From Bifidobacterium breve (GTDB taxonomy: Bacteria > Acidobacteriota > Vicinamibacteria > Vicinamibacterales > CAVVIG01): a stretch of 57,250 bases of DNA. The translations under genes and the position numbers were made by a program. This document shows, in pieces, positions 1 through 10,861 of this stretch. The notes beneath the pieces were generated by a model, which did not search any database, had not been told where the DNA came from, and saw only the letters and a program-made list of their open reading frames with translations. The DNA lies in NCBI GenBank assembly GCA_943328785.2, contig CALQBJ020000001.1, positions 1 through 57,250 of the forward strand, written 5' to 3'. Position 1 is the first letter of the stretch. The number at the start of each line of letters is the position of its first letter.

Positions 1-279
1 ATTACTATCGGGTCGCTCTCTTGTCAACGCCATCCTGTGTTTCCTTGAAAGATTTCTTCGCGGAAGCAGTTTGGCTCAGGGCTGCTGCGTGTGACGCAGA
101 CTTTCGAGCGCTTGGATATCCCGCCTGAACTAACATGGCAGTTTTCTCCTCGGGACGAAGTTCGCTGCGGGCTTGCCAGCAAACTATCTGCTGCCCTGCA
201 GCAGCTGTCTCACGCCGAATGTTTAGAGAGTCTGACGTACAAAAACCGCGCCGTCAACCCCTCCGATCGAGATTTCTTT

Positions 280-1563
280 CTACCGAGCGGAAACTATTCT
301 CACGACGTGGTTCTGACGAGCCCCCTTACGGAGCACCATCACGCGGCCATCGATAGCTGAGGCCGTGGTAAACCGGGCCTGAAGGTCAGCAATTCGGCGG
401 TTGTTCACATACACGCCGCCGGCCTGGACCATCCGCCGCGCCTCACTCTTCGACGGCACAACGTGCGCGGCGAGGAGCAACTCGACGATAGCGAGCCCCT
501 CCCCGGCGAACTGCGCCTCCGGCATCTCCGTCGACGGCACATCTGCGAAGACCGCCAGCACGTCATCTGCCGACAGCTGCGTGATGTCTTCCCCGAACAA
601 CAGCTGTGACGCATGCTCTGCCCGTGCCACCTGCTCGGCTCCGTGCACCAGCGCGGTGACCTCGCGGGCCAGCACTCGCTGCGCCTCGCGCCGCTCGGGA
701 TTCGCCGCCACAGAGGCCGACAGCTCGGCTATGCGATCGCTCTCAAGGAAGGTGAACGAGCGAAGGTAGCGGAGGACATCCCGATCGTCAGTATTCAGCC
801 AGAACTGGAAGAAGGCGAACGGGGACGTACGCCGCGGATCGAGCCACACCGCGCCCTTCTCGGTCTTGCCGAACTTCACGCCAGAGGCAGTGGTCACCAG
901 CGGCATCACCAGCCCATGACTCTTCTTTGCCCGAAGCTTGCGAATCAGATCAATTCCCGCGGTGATGTTGCCCCACTGGTCGCTGCCGCCGAGCTGCACG
1001 GTGCAGCCGTAGCGATCGAAGAGCTGCAGGAAGTCGTATGCCTGGAGCAGCAGGTAGCTGAACTCAGTGAAGGAGATGCCTTCCTCGCTCTCGAGACGCC
1101 TGTTCACCGACTCCTTCTGGAGCATGTAATTCACGGTGAAATGCTTTCCGGCATCCCGCAGGAACGTGAGGAGGTCGACCGTGCCGAGCCAGTCTGCGTT
1201 GTTGACGATCCGCGCCGCATTCCCGGGTCGCTCGAAGTCGAGAAAGCGCTCGAGCTGCGTGCGAATGGCCGACACATTGGCGTCGATCTGCGCAGCCGAC
1301 AGCAGGTTGCGCTCCTGGGACTTCCCGCTCGGGTCTCCGATCATCCCGGTGCCGCCACCGATAATCGCGATCGGCGTGTGGCCGAAGCGCTGCAACCGGG
1401 CGAGGCCCATCAACGGCAGCAGGTGGCCCACATGCAGGCTATCCGCGGTGGGATCGAAGCCGGCATACGCCGTAATCGATTGCGATCCGAGCAGTTCGGA
1501 CAGCCCCTCGGTTACATCGTAGACAAGCTCACGCCAAGTCAGTTCTTCGAAGAGATTCGCCAT
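280..1563 (-). CDS. tyrS: Tyrosine--tRNA ligase
   Basis: ORF 280..1596. Class-I HIGH motif 'HVGHLLPL', 'GFDPTADSLH', KMSKS-type 'KFGKT' and an S4-like C-terminus. Start set at MANLFEEL (1563), which gives the usual ~38 aa before GFDPTA and removes the overlap with the divergent gene. Confidence 0.93.
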   Translation of the reverse strand: MANLFEELTWRELVYDVTEGLSELLGSQSITAYAGFDPTADSLHVGHLLPLMGLARLQRFGHTPIAIIGGGTGMIGDPSGKSQERNLLSAAQIDANVSAIRTQLERFLDFERPGNAARIVNNADWLGTVDLLTFLRDAGKHFTVNYMLQKESVNRRLESEEGISFTEFSYLLLQAYDFLQLFDRYGCTVQLGGSDQWGNITAGIDLIRKLRAKKSHGLVMPLVTTASGVKFGKTEKGAVWLDPRRTSPFAFFQFWLNTDDRDVLRYLRSFTFLESDRIAELSASVAANPERREAQRVLAREVTALVHGAEQVARAEHASQLLFGEDITQLSADDVLAVFADVPSTEMPEAQFAGEGLAIVELLLAAHVVPSKSEARRMVQAGGVYVNNRRIADLQARFTTASAIDGRVMVLRKGARQNHVVRIVSAR

Positions 1564-1589
1564 GGTTTCGCGATTTACTATATCAACGA

Positions 1590-2417
1590 GTGGCAATCAC
1601 CAGACGAGACGCACTGAAGGGAATGCTCGCTGTCGGAGCTGGACTCGCCGCTGGCGCCACCGGTTACGGCTACCTCTACGAGCGTCATCACCTGACCGTA
1701 ATCGAGCAGGACATCCCCGTCGCCGGGCTGGCGCCCGCACTTTCAGGACTTCGCGTCGGACTGCTCACGGATGTCCACCGCAGCCGCTGGGTCTCCGACG
1801 AGGACGTCGTTTTTGCCGCACAGCAGCTCATGCTATCCAAACCGGATCTCATCGTGCTCGGAGGCGACTACGTCACCTGGGGTGACCCCGCCTACGTCGG
1901 CTCAGTGGCGGAGGCACTCGGAGTGCTCTCGGCACCGCACGGGGTCTTCGCCATCCTCGGCAACCACGACGACGAGCGGGAAACGACATCGGCGCTCACC
2001 GCGCAGCGGATCGTCGTCCTGCGCGACGCACGCACGACACTGGCGATTCGGGGCGAGTTGCTACAGCTCGCCGGACTGCGGTTCTGGACGCGCAAAGCTG
2101 CGGAGATCGCGTCGATCCTCGGCGGCACCACTGGAACCACCCTGCTGCTGGCGCATGACCCTCGCCGATTGACCGAAGCTGCCACGCTCCGCGTGCCGTT
2201 GGTGCTATCGGGGCATACCCACGGGGGCCAGGTCGTTCTGCCCGGCCTTGGCGCGGTGGCTGCCCGCAAGTTCCCCGTCGTGTCTGGACTCGCGAATCAG
2301 AACGGAACGTCCCTGTTTGTCAGCCGCGGGGTAGGAACGGTCTACGTGCCCGTGCGCATCAATTGCCCACCAGAGGTGGCCGTGCTGACGTTGAGGCCTG
2401 ACGGGATCGGCGCGTAA
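1590..2417 (+). CDS. Tat-exported metallophosphoesterase (calcineurin-like)
   Basis: Twin-arginine leader 'MAITRRDALKGMLAVGAGLAAG'. Phosphoesterase motifs 'GGDYV', 'GNHD' and 'GHTHGGQ'. Confidence 0.85.
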   Translation: MAITRRDALKGMLAVGAGLAAGATGYGYLYERHHLTVIEQDIPVAGLAPALSGLRVGLLTDVHRSRWVSDEDVVFAAQQLMLSKPDLIVLGGDYVTWGDPAYVGSVAEALGVLSAPHGVFAILGNHDDERETTSALTAQRIVVLRDARTTLAIRGELLQLAGLRFWTRKAAEIASILGGTTGTTLLLAHDPRRLTEAATLRVPLVLSGHTHGGQVVLPGLGAVAARKFPVVSGLANQNGTSLFVSRGVGTVYVPVRINCPPEVAVLTLRPDGIGA

Positions 2418-2435
2418 GCGCGACTGGCTCGCGTC

Positions 2436-3059
2436 TCAGGCGCTGGCTGCGGCGGCGTCAACGACGAAACGCCGTCCCACCAGCCGCCACTTCCCGTCGA
2501 GCACCCGCGCAATCGCACGCGGATAGAGACGGTGCTCTTCCACCAGAATCCGCGCGGACAGGCTCTCGACGGTGTCCGCGTCAAGGACGGGCACCGCCCC
2601 CTGCAGCACGATCGCGCCGCCGTCCAGTTCCGCATCAACGAGATGTACGGTGGCGCCGGCAACTCGAACGCCGTGCTCCAGCGCCTGCCTCTGCGCATCC
2701 AGCCCTGGAAACGCCGGCAGCAAGGACGGGTGGATATTCAGCACCCGGTTCGGAAAGGCCTCCAATAGCGGCTCGCCGATCAGTCGCATGAATCCGGCCA
2801 GACAGACCAGATCGACGCCGTGCGCCTGGAGGACCCCCACGACGGCGGCATCGTACAGTTCGCGGCTCGCGTAATCCTTCTGGAGTACGCAGACGGTCTC
2901 GAGTCGGGCCTCCCTGGCGCGCATCAGGCCCGCCGCTTCCTGGCGATTCGAGATCACCACCGCGATCTCGGCCTGGAGTTCGCCGCGCAGAATCGCGTCG
3001 ACGATCGACTGCAGGTTCGAGCCGCGGCCGGAAATGAGGACGCCGAGACGGTGGCTCAT
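2436..3059 (-). CDS. purN: Phosphoribosylglycinamide formyltransferase
   Basis: 'LGVLISGRGSNLQSI' and 'NIHPSLLPAFPG' motifs. Start taken at MSHRLG (3059), giving an ATGA overlap with the purM stop; the ORF extends to 3110. Confidence 0.9.
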   Translation of the reverse strand: MSHRLGVLISGRGSNLQSIVDAILRGELQAEIAVVISNRQEAAGLMRAREARLETVCVLQKDYASRELYDAAVVGVLQAHGVDLVCLAGFMRLIGEPLLEAFPNRVLNIHPSLLPAFPGLDAQRQALEHGVRVAGATVHLVDAELDGGAIVLQGAVPVLDADTVESLSARILVEEHRLYPRAIARVLDGKWRLVGRRFVVDAAAASA

Positions 3060-4084
3060 GGCAGGTAGCGGACGCCCGGCGCCCCCTGGACGACGCGCCC
3101 GACTTCGCACGCCCCCGTTTCGCCGGCCTGCTGCAACAACTCAAGCACGCGCGCGCACGAGCCGGCGTCGCACACCACGATCAGGCCAACGCCCATGTTG
3201 AAGGCGCGCAGCATCTCGTCGTCGGCAATGCCACCACGGTCGGCGATAAAGGTGAACAGCGGCGGAACCGGCCAGGCGCCGCGGCGGATCTCGGCTTCGC
3301 ACCCGTCGGGCAGGATGCGTGGGAGGTTCTCGGTGATGCCGCCACCGGTGATGTGGGCCATGCCCTTAACGAGACCGGCCTGAAGCAGCGGCCGGACCGG
3401 CGTCAGGTACGAGCGATGGGTCGCGAGCAGCACGTCGCCAACCGTGCCCTGCAGCTCGGGCACGTAAGTGTCCGCCTGAAACCCGCAGAGTTCGAACAAC
3501 ACCTTGCGGGCGAGCGAATAGCCGTTCGTGTGAAGGCCGGATGACGGCAGGCCGATCAGCGCATCGCCGGGACAGATGGTCTTCCCATCGATCAACCTCG
3601 CACGGTCCACGGCGCCGACGATGAAGCCGGCGATGTCGTACTCGCCGTCAGCATAGAACCCGGGCATCTCGGCGGTCTCCCCGCCAATCAGCGCACACCC
3701 GTTCTCCCGGCAGGCACGAGCCACACCGGTGACGATCTGCTCGGCCACGTCCGGCGACAGGCGACCGGTGGCCAGGTAGTCGAGGAAGAACAATGGCGTG
3801 GCGCCCTGCACGAGGATGTCGTTGATGCAGTGGTTCACCAGGTCGGCGCCAATGCTGTTGTGGCGGCCGGTCATGAACGCCACCTTCAACTTCGTGCCGA
3901 CGCCATCGGCGCTCGATACCAGGACGGGGTCCTGAAGGCCCGCCGCGCCGAGGCTGAACAGCCCGCCGAACGAGCCGATCTCCGAAAGCACGCCGGGCGT
4001 GTAGGTCCCACGGGCGAGTGACTTGATTCGCCTGACTGTCTCGTTGCCAGCGTCGATGTCGACGCCGGACTGCCGGTAATCCAT
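3056..4084 (-). CDS. purM: Phosphoribosylformylglycinamidine cyclo-ligase (AIR synthase)
   Basis: 'MDYRQSGVDIDAG', 'DGVGTK' and 'GGETAEMPG'; length typical of PurM. Confidence 0.93.
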   Translation of the reverse strand: MDYRQSGVDIDAGNETVRRIKSLARGTYTPGVLSEIGSFGGLFSLGAAGLQDPVLVSSADGVGTKLKVAFMTGRHNSIGADLVNHCINDILVQGATPLFFLDYLATGRLSPDVAEQIVTGVARACRENGCALIGGETAEMPGFYADGEYDIAGFIVGAVDRARLIDGKTICPGDALIGLPSSGLHTNGYSLARKVLFELCGFQADTYVPELQGTVGDVLLATHRSYLTPVRPLLQAGLVKGMAHITGGGITENLPRILPDGCEAEIRRGAWPVPPLFTFIADRGGIADDEMLRAFNMGVGLIVVCDAGSCARVLELLQQAGETGACEVGRVVQGAPGVRYLP

Positions 4085-5295
4085 CAGAAGTCCAGTTTTC
4101 CGATAAGAGTCTGCATTAATTGCCGGTCAGCGGACCCTGCCGGCGAGTCCCAATATGTCCGCCGTACCAGCGCGAAGAAGCGTTCCTTGTCCAGATCCTC
4201 TTCGAGCATGTCGAAGCCTTCCGCCATCAGCGCGATCCCGTCGACACGAGCCGGAGCGCCCTTCAGGAAGGCGAGCATCAGCGGCGTATTGCGCAGCGCA
4301 ATCGTCGCGAGCGCGAGGGACATCGGCGCACGTGCCGGGTCCCGCGACGGAATGCCGGCCTCGAACAGCGCCTGCACAGCCGACTCGCGCCCGCTGATGG
4401 CGAGCGCGCCCAGACCGGATGCGGCACCACGCAGCAGTTCCTGAAAGCCGATGTTCTGGTCAGCGAAACGCAGGGTCTGGACGAGAAAGCGCTCGTGCGA
4501 ACCGCAGTTGGTGCCCAGCAGGCAGATGCCGGCGGCGACGAACGGCTGCGCCGTTCGCGGCGCGCTCCGTTGCAGGCTGGCCAGCGTCTCGAGCGCCCGC
4601 CGGTCGCCAATCTTGCCGAGCGCCAGCGCGGCATCGTCCAGGAGCGGGCCGTCGAGGCCGGCGATGGCGTTGATCGCGTCGAAGGCGTAGCGCGCATGGT
4701 AATCGCCGAGCGCCTCGATGACCGCTCCTCGGAAGAAGTCCTCACCCCGGCCAGACTCGCGCGTCAACACCGGCTGGACACTCGGGTCTGAGCCGTGCGC
4801 AGCCAGCGTTCGCACGAGGGCCGGCCGGACGAACTCCGCCTGCTCCCGGTCAAGCGCCGACAGAAAGAGCGGCACGAGCGACGGATCCGGGTTGTGCTCG
4901 AAGTAGCTGTAGGCGACCGTGCGGAGCCGGTCGTTCGGACTGGACAGCGATTCGCGCATCGCGTCACGGGTCCGCGGGTCGTTGAAGCCGGTCAGCAGCA
5001 CGAGGCCGCGGAAGCGAACGTAGCCGTCCGCGTGTTGCGCGACAGCGTTCAGCAGGGCCGGCACCGCCTGAGCCGGCGTGGTTCGCCGAATCAGCTTCGA
5101 AGCCTCGGTACGCGTCGCGTAGTCGAGCGAGCCGAGCCTGTCGATGGCCTCCTGCAGCCGGGGGGCAGCCACCGCCTGGGGAGCGGCCGGCTCCTGCGCA
5201 GACACCGGCGAAGCGCCGATGGCGAACGCAAGACAGACGAGCGCCAACCTCACCCATCCGCCGACGGACATCAGGCGCCCTGCCACTGGACCCAT
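4084..5295 (-). CDS. Secreted HEAT/ARM-like repeat protein
   Basis: Signal-peptide-like N-terminus ending 'AIGASPVSAQEP'. The rest is repetitive Ala/Leu/Arg-rich helical units resembling HEAT/PBS-lyase repeats, with no catalytic motif seen. Start could be the internal Met at 5271. Confidence 0.6.
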   Translation of the reverse strand: MGPVAGRLMSVGGWVRLALVCLAFAIGASPVSAQEPAAPQAVAAPRLQEAIDRLGSLDYATRTEASKLIRRTTPAQAVPALLNAVAQHADGYVRFRGLVLLTGFNDPRTRDAMRESLSSPNDRLRTVAYSYFEHNPDPSLVPLFLSALDREQAEFVRPALVRTLAAHGSDPSVQPVLTRESGRGEDFFRGAVIEALGDYHARYAFDAINAIAGLDGPLLDDAALALGKIGDRRALETLASLQRSAPRTAQPFVAAGICLLGTNCGSHERFLVQTLRFADQNIGFQELLRGAASGLGALAISGRESAVQALFEAGIPSRDPARAPMSLALATIALRNTPLMLAFLKGAPARVDGIALMAEGFDMLEEDLDKERFFALVRRTYWDSPAGSADRQLMQTLIGKLDF

Positions 5296-5296
5296 G

Positions 5297-6724
5297 TCAA
5301 TTCGTGACGGTCGCCTTGTCCAGCTTCAGTGCCAGCTGGAGGTAGCTGTGCTCATCGCGCGGGAACGCGATGGGATACTGCCCCGTGTAGCAGGAGCTGC
5401 AGTAGTGGTCGCTGCCTTCGCCGACCGCATGCATCAACCCGTCGAGGCTGAGATAGGCGACGCTGTCGCAGTCGAGGTAGGTGCGGATCTCTTCGAGCGT
5501 GTGCGTCGCCGCCATCAGTTCCGAGCGCCGCGGCGTGTCGACGCCGTAGAAGCACGGAGAAATAGTGGGAGGACAACTGATGCGCACGTGGACTTCCTTC
5601 GCACCGGCGGCTCGCACCATGCGCACGATCTTCCGGCTCGTGGTCCCGCGCACGAGCGAGTCGTCGACGAGGATGACGCGCTGGCCAGCGAGAATACTGC
5701 GAACCGGATTGAGCTTCACCTTCACGGCGAAATGGCGGATGGACGACTGCGGCTGGATGAAGGTGCGCCCGACGTAGTGATTCCGGATAAGCCCCATGCG
5801 GAGCGGGATGTTGGCTTCGTCGGCGAAGCCCATCGCCGCGCAGACCCCCGAGTCCGGAACGGGCACGACGACGTCGGCATCGACGCGCTGCTCACGTGCC
5901 AGAACACGACCGAGGTTCGTCCGCACCTCGTTGACGCTCTTGCCGAAGACGTAGCTGTCGGGGCGCGAGAAATAGACGTGCTCGAAGACGCAGTGTGCGA
6001 GCGGCGCCGGGCCGAACGGCTTCAGCGACTTCACGCCGCCGGCGCTGATGATCAGTAGCTCGCCTGGCTCCACATCGCGCACGTAGGTCGCACCGATCAG
6101 ATCGAGGGCGCAGGTCTCCGAGCAGACGACAAAGGCCTCGCCCAGTCGACCGAGCGCCAGCGGCCGGAACCCGTGGGGATCGCGCACCGCGATCATCCGG
6201 TCGGAGGTCAGCATCAGGAACGAGAAGGCGCCCTGCAACTGCGTCACCGAATCGATGACAGCATCTTCGACGCTCTTCCCCTTGGAGCGGGCATAGAGAT
6301 GCAGGACGACCTCGGTATCGCTGCCCGACTGGAAGATCGAACCCTGGCTGACCAGGTCGTTACGCAGCGAGTCGGCGTTGGTGAGGTTGCCGTTGTGGCA
6401 GATGCTGAACTGCCCGTGCGCACAGTCGATGAGGAATGGCTGGGCATTCGCCAGCCGGCTTTCTCCCGCCGTCGAGTAGCGGACGTGTCCGATGGCCGCA
6501 TGCCCAGGCAACTGCGACAGCGTCTGGCCGTCGAAGATATCGGCGACGTAGCCCATCTGCTTCGTCACACGCACGACGCCGCCATCGGAGACCGCGATGC
6601 CGGCGCTTTCCTGACCGCGGTGCTGCAGCGCGTACAGACCGAGATAGGTCATGTTCGCGGACTCGCGGTGTCCGAAGATCCCGAAGACGCCGCACTCATC
6701 CTTGAACTTATCCAGCATTGACAC
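5297..6724 (-). CDS. purF: Amidophosphoribosyltransferase
   Basis: Ntn-amidotransferase 'ECGVFGIFG', PRTase loop 'VILVDDSLVRGTT', and Cys clusters 'CPPTISPCFYG' and 'CSSCYTG'. Confidence 0.93.
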   Translation of the reverse strand: MSMLDKFKDECGVFGIFGHRESANMTYLGLYALQHRGQESAGIAVSDGGVVRVTKQMGYVADIFDGQTLSQLPGHAAIGHVRYSTAGESRLANAQPFLIDCAHGQFSICHNGNLTNADSLRNDLVSQGSIFQSGSDTEVVLHLYARSKGKSVEDAVIDSVTQLQGAFSFLMLTSDRMIAVRDPHGFRPLALGRLGEAFVVCSETCALDLIGATYVRDVEPGELLIISAGGVKSLKPFGPAPLAHCVFEHVYFSRPDSYVFGKSVNEVRTNLGRVLAREQRVDADVVVPVPDSGVCAAMGFADEANIPLRMGLIRNHYVGRTFIQPQSSIRHFAVKVKLNPVRSILAGQRVILVDDSLVRGTTSRKIVRMVRAAGAKEVHVRISCPPTISPCFYGVDTPRRSELMAATHTLEEIRTYLDCDSVAYLSLDGLMHAVGEGSDHYCSSCYTGQYPIAFPRDEHSYLQLALKLDKATVTN

Positions 6725-6798
6725 CTTTTCCGACGAAGCTGCGATTCCTGGCGTTGACCGGACAGCCCGGCCAACGCATGCGCTGCCGAGCGTTCGAC

Positions 6799-8139
<1,341 letters not shown>

Positions 8140-8270
8140 GCGAAGGCCCTGCCGCGGAAGACACCCATGACATCGAGGGACAAACCAGCCAACGTCCTTC
8201 GGAACCCGCGATGGGCACCGGCCAGCCCGATCCTCCAGAACTCCCGATGTCGTGTGTGTGGAATAGGCCT

Positions 8271-9542
8271 CTATTGTAAATCGAGACGCTCGCGTGGAAC
8301 CTGCAAACCGTTCACATTCCCCAGCACCGTCGCCGAGAGCGCATCAGCTGCAAATAGGTCGGCGGCGACCCGCTGCACGTCCTCGGGCGTCACCTTCTCG
8401 ACCCCCTCGAGCGTCTCGTCCAGGCCGACCTGGCGCTCGAAGTAGATCTCCTGGCGGGCCACGTGCGACATCCGGCTGGCCGTATTCTCGAGGCTCAGCA
8501 TAAGACTGCCCTTCAGGTGGTCCTTGGCGCGCTGGAGCTCGGCCGCAGGAACAGGGGCACTCTTCACGGTCCGCAGTTCCTCGACCACCAAGTCGATGAC
8601 TTCACCGACAGCCTCGTTCGAACAGCCCGCGTAGACCGTGAACGAGCCGGCGTCCCGGTAGGCGCTCAGCCCGGAGAAAACCGCATAGGCCAGGCCGCGC
8701 TTCTCCCGCACGTTCTGGAACAACCGCGAACTCATCGAACCGCCGAGCAGCGTGTTGAGGACGTAGCTCGCGTAGCGGTCGGCGTGGTCCTGCGCGTAGC
8801 TGTTGGTCCCGAGGCAGACGTGGCTCTGCTCGAGTTCCTTATTGCGAATCAGCACCTTCGGGACGACCTGCGGAGCCTCCTCGTGCACTTTCGCCGTGAC
8901 CGGCTTGAGGTGCCCGAACCGCTCCTCGACCAGCTTCCGGACGTGGTCATGCTGGAGGTTGCCAACCGCCGAAATAATCAGATTCTGTGGCGTATAGGCG
9001 TCGCGGAAGTACGACCGCAGCGAATCGGCGGTGAACGACTCCACCGTCTCGCGAGTGCCGAGAATCGGCCGGCCGAGCGGGTGGCCTTCCCAGAACCCCT
9101 GCGTGAAGAGCTCGTGGACCAGATCGTCTGGCGTGTCTTCCACCATCTTGATCTCCTCGACGACCACCTTCTTCTCCCGCTCAATATCCTCGGGATTGAA
9201 GGCCGGGTTGAGGACGATGTCGGAGAGCACGTCGAGCGCCAGCGGCAGATGCTCGTCGAGCACCTTGATGTAGTAGCTGGCGTACTCCTTGGCGGTGAAG
9301 GCGTCGAGCTGGCCGCCAATCGAGTCGATCTGCTGGGCGATGTCCTCGGCGGAACGGGTCCCAGTCCCCTTGAACAGCATGTGCTCCACGAAGTGGGCAA
9401 TGCCGCCACGTTCGGCGGTCTCGTGCCTCGAACCGCGGGTCAGCCAGACACCAATGCTGATCGACCGAACCTGATTCATCGGCTCGGTCAGAATCCGGAG
9501 GCCGTTATCGAGTGCGTCGCGGACGATCGGTGAATTGGACAC
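8271..9542 (-). CDS. M16-family zinc peptidase (pitrilysin-like)
   Basis: Inverted zinc motif HxxEH ('HFVEHMLFKGT') and a two-lobed M16-length protein. Confidence 0.88.
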   Translation of the reverse strand: MSNSPIVRDALDNGLRILTEPMNQVRSISIGVWLTRGSRHETAERGGIAHFVEHMLFKGTGTRSAEDIAQQIDSIGGQLDAFTAKEYASYYIKVLDEHLPLALDVLSDIVLNPAFNPEDIEREKKVVVEEIKMVEDTPDDLVHELFTQGFWEGHPLGRPILGTRETVESFTADSLRSYFRDAYTPQNLIISAVGNLQHDHVRKLVEERFGHLKPVTAKVHEEAPQVVPKVLIRNKELEQSHVCLGTNSYAQDHADRYASYVLNTLLGGSMSSRLFQNVREKRGLAYAVFSGLSAYRDAGSFTVYAGCSNEAVGEVIDLVVEELRTVKSAPVPAAELQRAKDHLKGSLMLSLENTASRMSHVARQEIYFERQVGLDETLEGVEKVTPEDVQRVAADLFAADALSATVLGNVNGLQVPRERLDLQ

Positions 9543-9687
9543 GTGGATGACTCACTGCGGAACGGGTTGACGGCGCCAGGCGCGAACCGAAGAACGCACC
9601 GCAAAGCATTGACAACAAAGGAATTACTGTCTAGGACCAAAATATAACACGCCCCCGGCGCTTCGGGCAAGGGCAGCACCGCTACCG

Positions 9688-10833
9688 GTGACTGAACTGG
9701 ACAGCCGGAGTAAGATCACCGCAGTCTCGGAAGTAGTTCAGAACGTGGGAGATACCGTGTCCTCGCCCTCCAATCTAGCCGAACTCGATCTGGCCGACCT
9801 CGAGTCGGCCTTCGCCGCCCGCAGTGTCGAACGCTTCCGGGCCCGGCAAGTGTTTGCCTGGATCTACAAACGCGGGGTCACGGACATCGAGGCGATGACC
9901 GACCTCCCACGCGATCTGAGGGCGGCACTCCTCGCCGACTTCACGATTGCCACGCCGCAGGTCGCATCGCACGAGCGCTCGTCGGACGGGACCGAAAAGT
10001 TTCTCCTCAAGCTCGCCGACGGGAAGCACATCGAGTCGGTCTTCATTCCTGACACGCCGGCCATGACCTTCTGCATCTCCACCCAAGTGGGGTGCGCGAT
10101 GGCCTGCGCGTTCTGTCTCACGGGCAAGATGGGGCTGGTGCGCAACCTGACAGCGGGCGAGATTGCGGGGCAGGTGCGCGTGCTGGCCGGTGCCCTCGAG
10201 CTGCGCGACAAAGCCTTCAACATCGTGCTGATGGGCATGGGAGAGCCCCTGCACAACTACGACGCGGTGATGAAGGCGATGAGCATCCTGTGCGATACGC
10301 ACGGCTTCCACCTGCCGCCGCGCCGGGTCACGCTCTCCACGGTCGGCCTGCTGCCGGCGCTCGAGAAACTGGGACGTGAAGAGTTGATGCCGAATCTCGC
10401 CATCTCCCTGCACGCGCCGACCGATGCACAGCGCGGCGAACTCGTGCCGATCAACCGGAAATATGGCGTGGCCGACATCATTGCGGCCTGCAAGCAGTTC
10501 CCCGTCCGCAGACGCAGCCGCATCACGTTTGAGTACGTGATGCTTGCGGGCGTCAACGACTCCGCCGACGACGCCCGCAAGCTCGCCAGACTGCTGGCCG
10601 GCGTGAAAGCAAAGGTGAACCTCATTCCGCTGAACGCGGCGGCCGGCATCCCCTTCGAGCGGCCGGCGGACGACGTCGTGGACCGCTTTGCCAGGGTCCT
10701 GGCGGAGCAGGATGTCACGGTGTCGGTGCGGAAGAGCCGTGGACGGGACATCCGCGCGGCCTGTGGCCAGTTGATCGTGGAAGGGCCGGAGCACTCGCCC
10801 GCGCAGAAACTGGCCACGCTCGCGTTCGACTGA
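9688..10833 (+). CDS. rlmN: 23S rRNA/tRNA adenine-C2 methyltransferase (radical SAM)
   Basis: 'FRARQVFAWIY', radical-SAM 'CAMACAFC', 'GMGEPL', and the C-terminal catalytic Cys context 'DIRAACGQL'. The true start may be slightly downstream. Confidence 0.9.
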   Translation: MTELDSRSKITAVSEVVQNVGDTVSSPSNLAELDLADLESAFAARSVERFRARQVFAWIYKRGVTDIEAMTDLPRDLRAALLADFTIATPQVASHERSSDGTEKFLLKLADGKHIESVFIPDTPAMTFCISTQVGCAMACAFCLTGKMGLVRNLTAGEIAGQVRVLAGALELRDKAFNIVLMGMGEPLHNYDAVMKAMSILCDTHGFHLPPRRVTLSTVGLLPALEKLGREELMPNLAISLHAPTDAQRGELVPINRKYGVADIIAACKQFPVRRRSRITFEYVMLAGVNDSADDARKLARLLAGVKAKVNLIPLNAAAGIPFERPADDVVDRFARVLAEQDVTVSVRKSRGRDIRAACGQLIVEGPEHSPAQKLATLAFD

Positions 10834-10861
10834 CGCGGCCACCGGTCTGGCTCGTGCGGCG

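Noticed and set aside
91-360. 89-aa ORF (and the 135..356 ORF) at the window start
   Set aside because: It overlaps the tyrS 3' end, has no motif and no SD, and lies in a low-GC, non-coding-looking region.
613-1617. 334-aa plus-strand ORF
   Set aside because: It is antisense to tyrS, whose class-I synthetase motifs are unambiguous. The ORF is Arg/Ala/Gly/Glu-rich with no recognisable motif, the typical shadow ORF of high-GC DNA.
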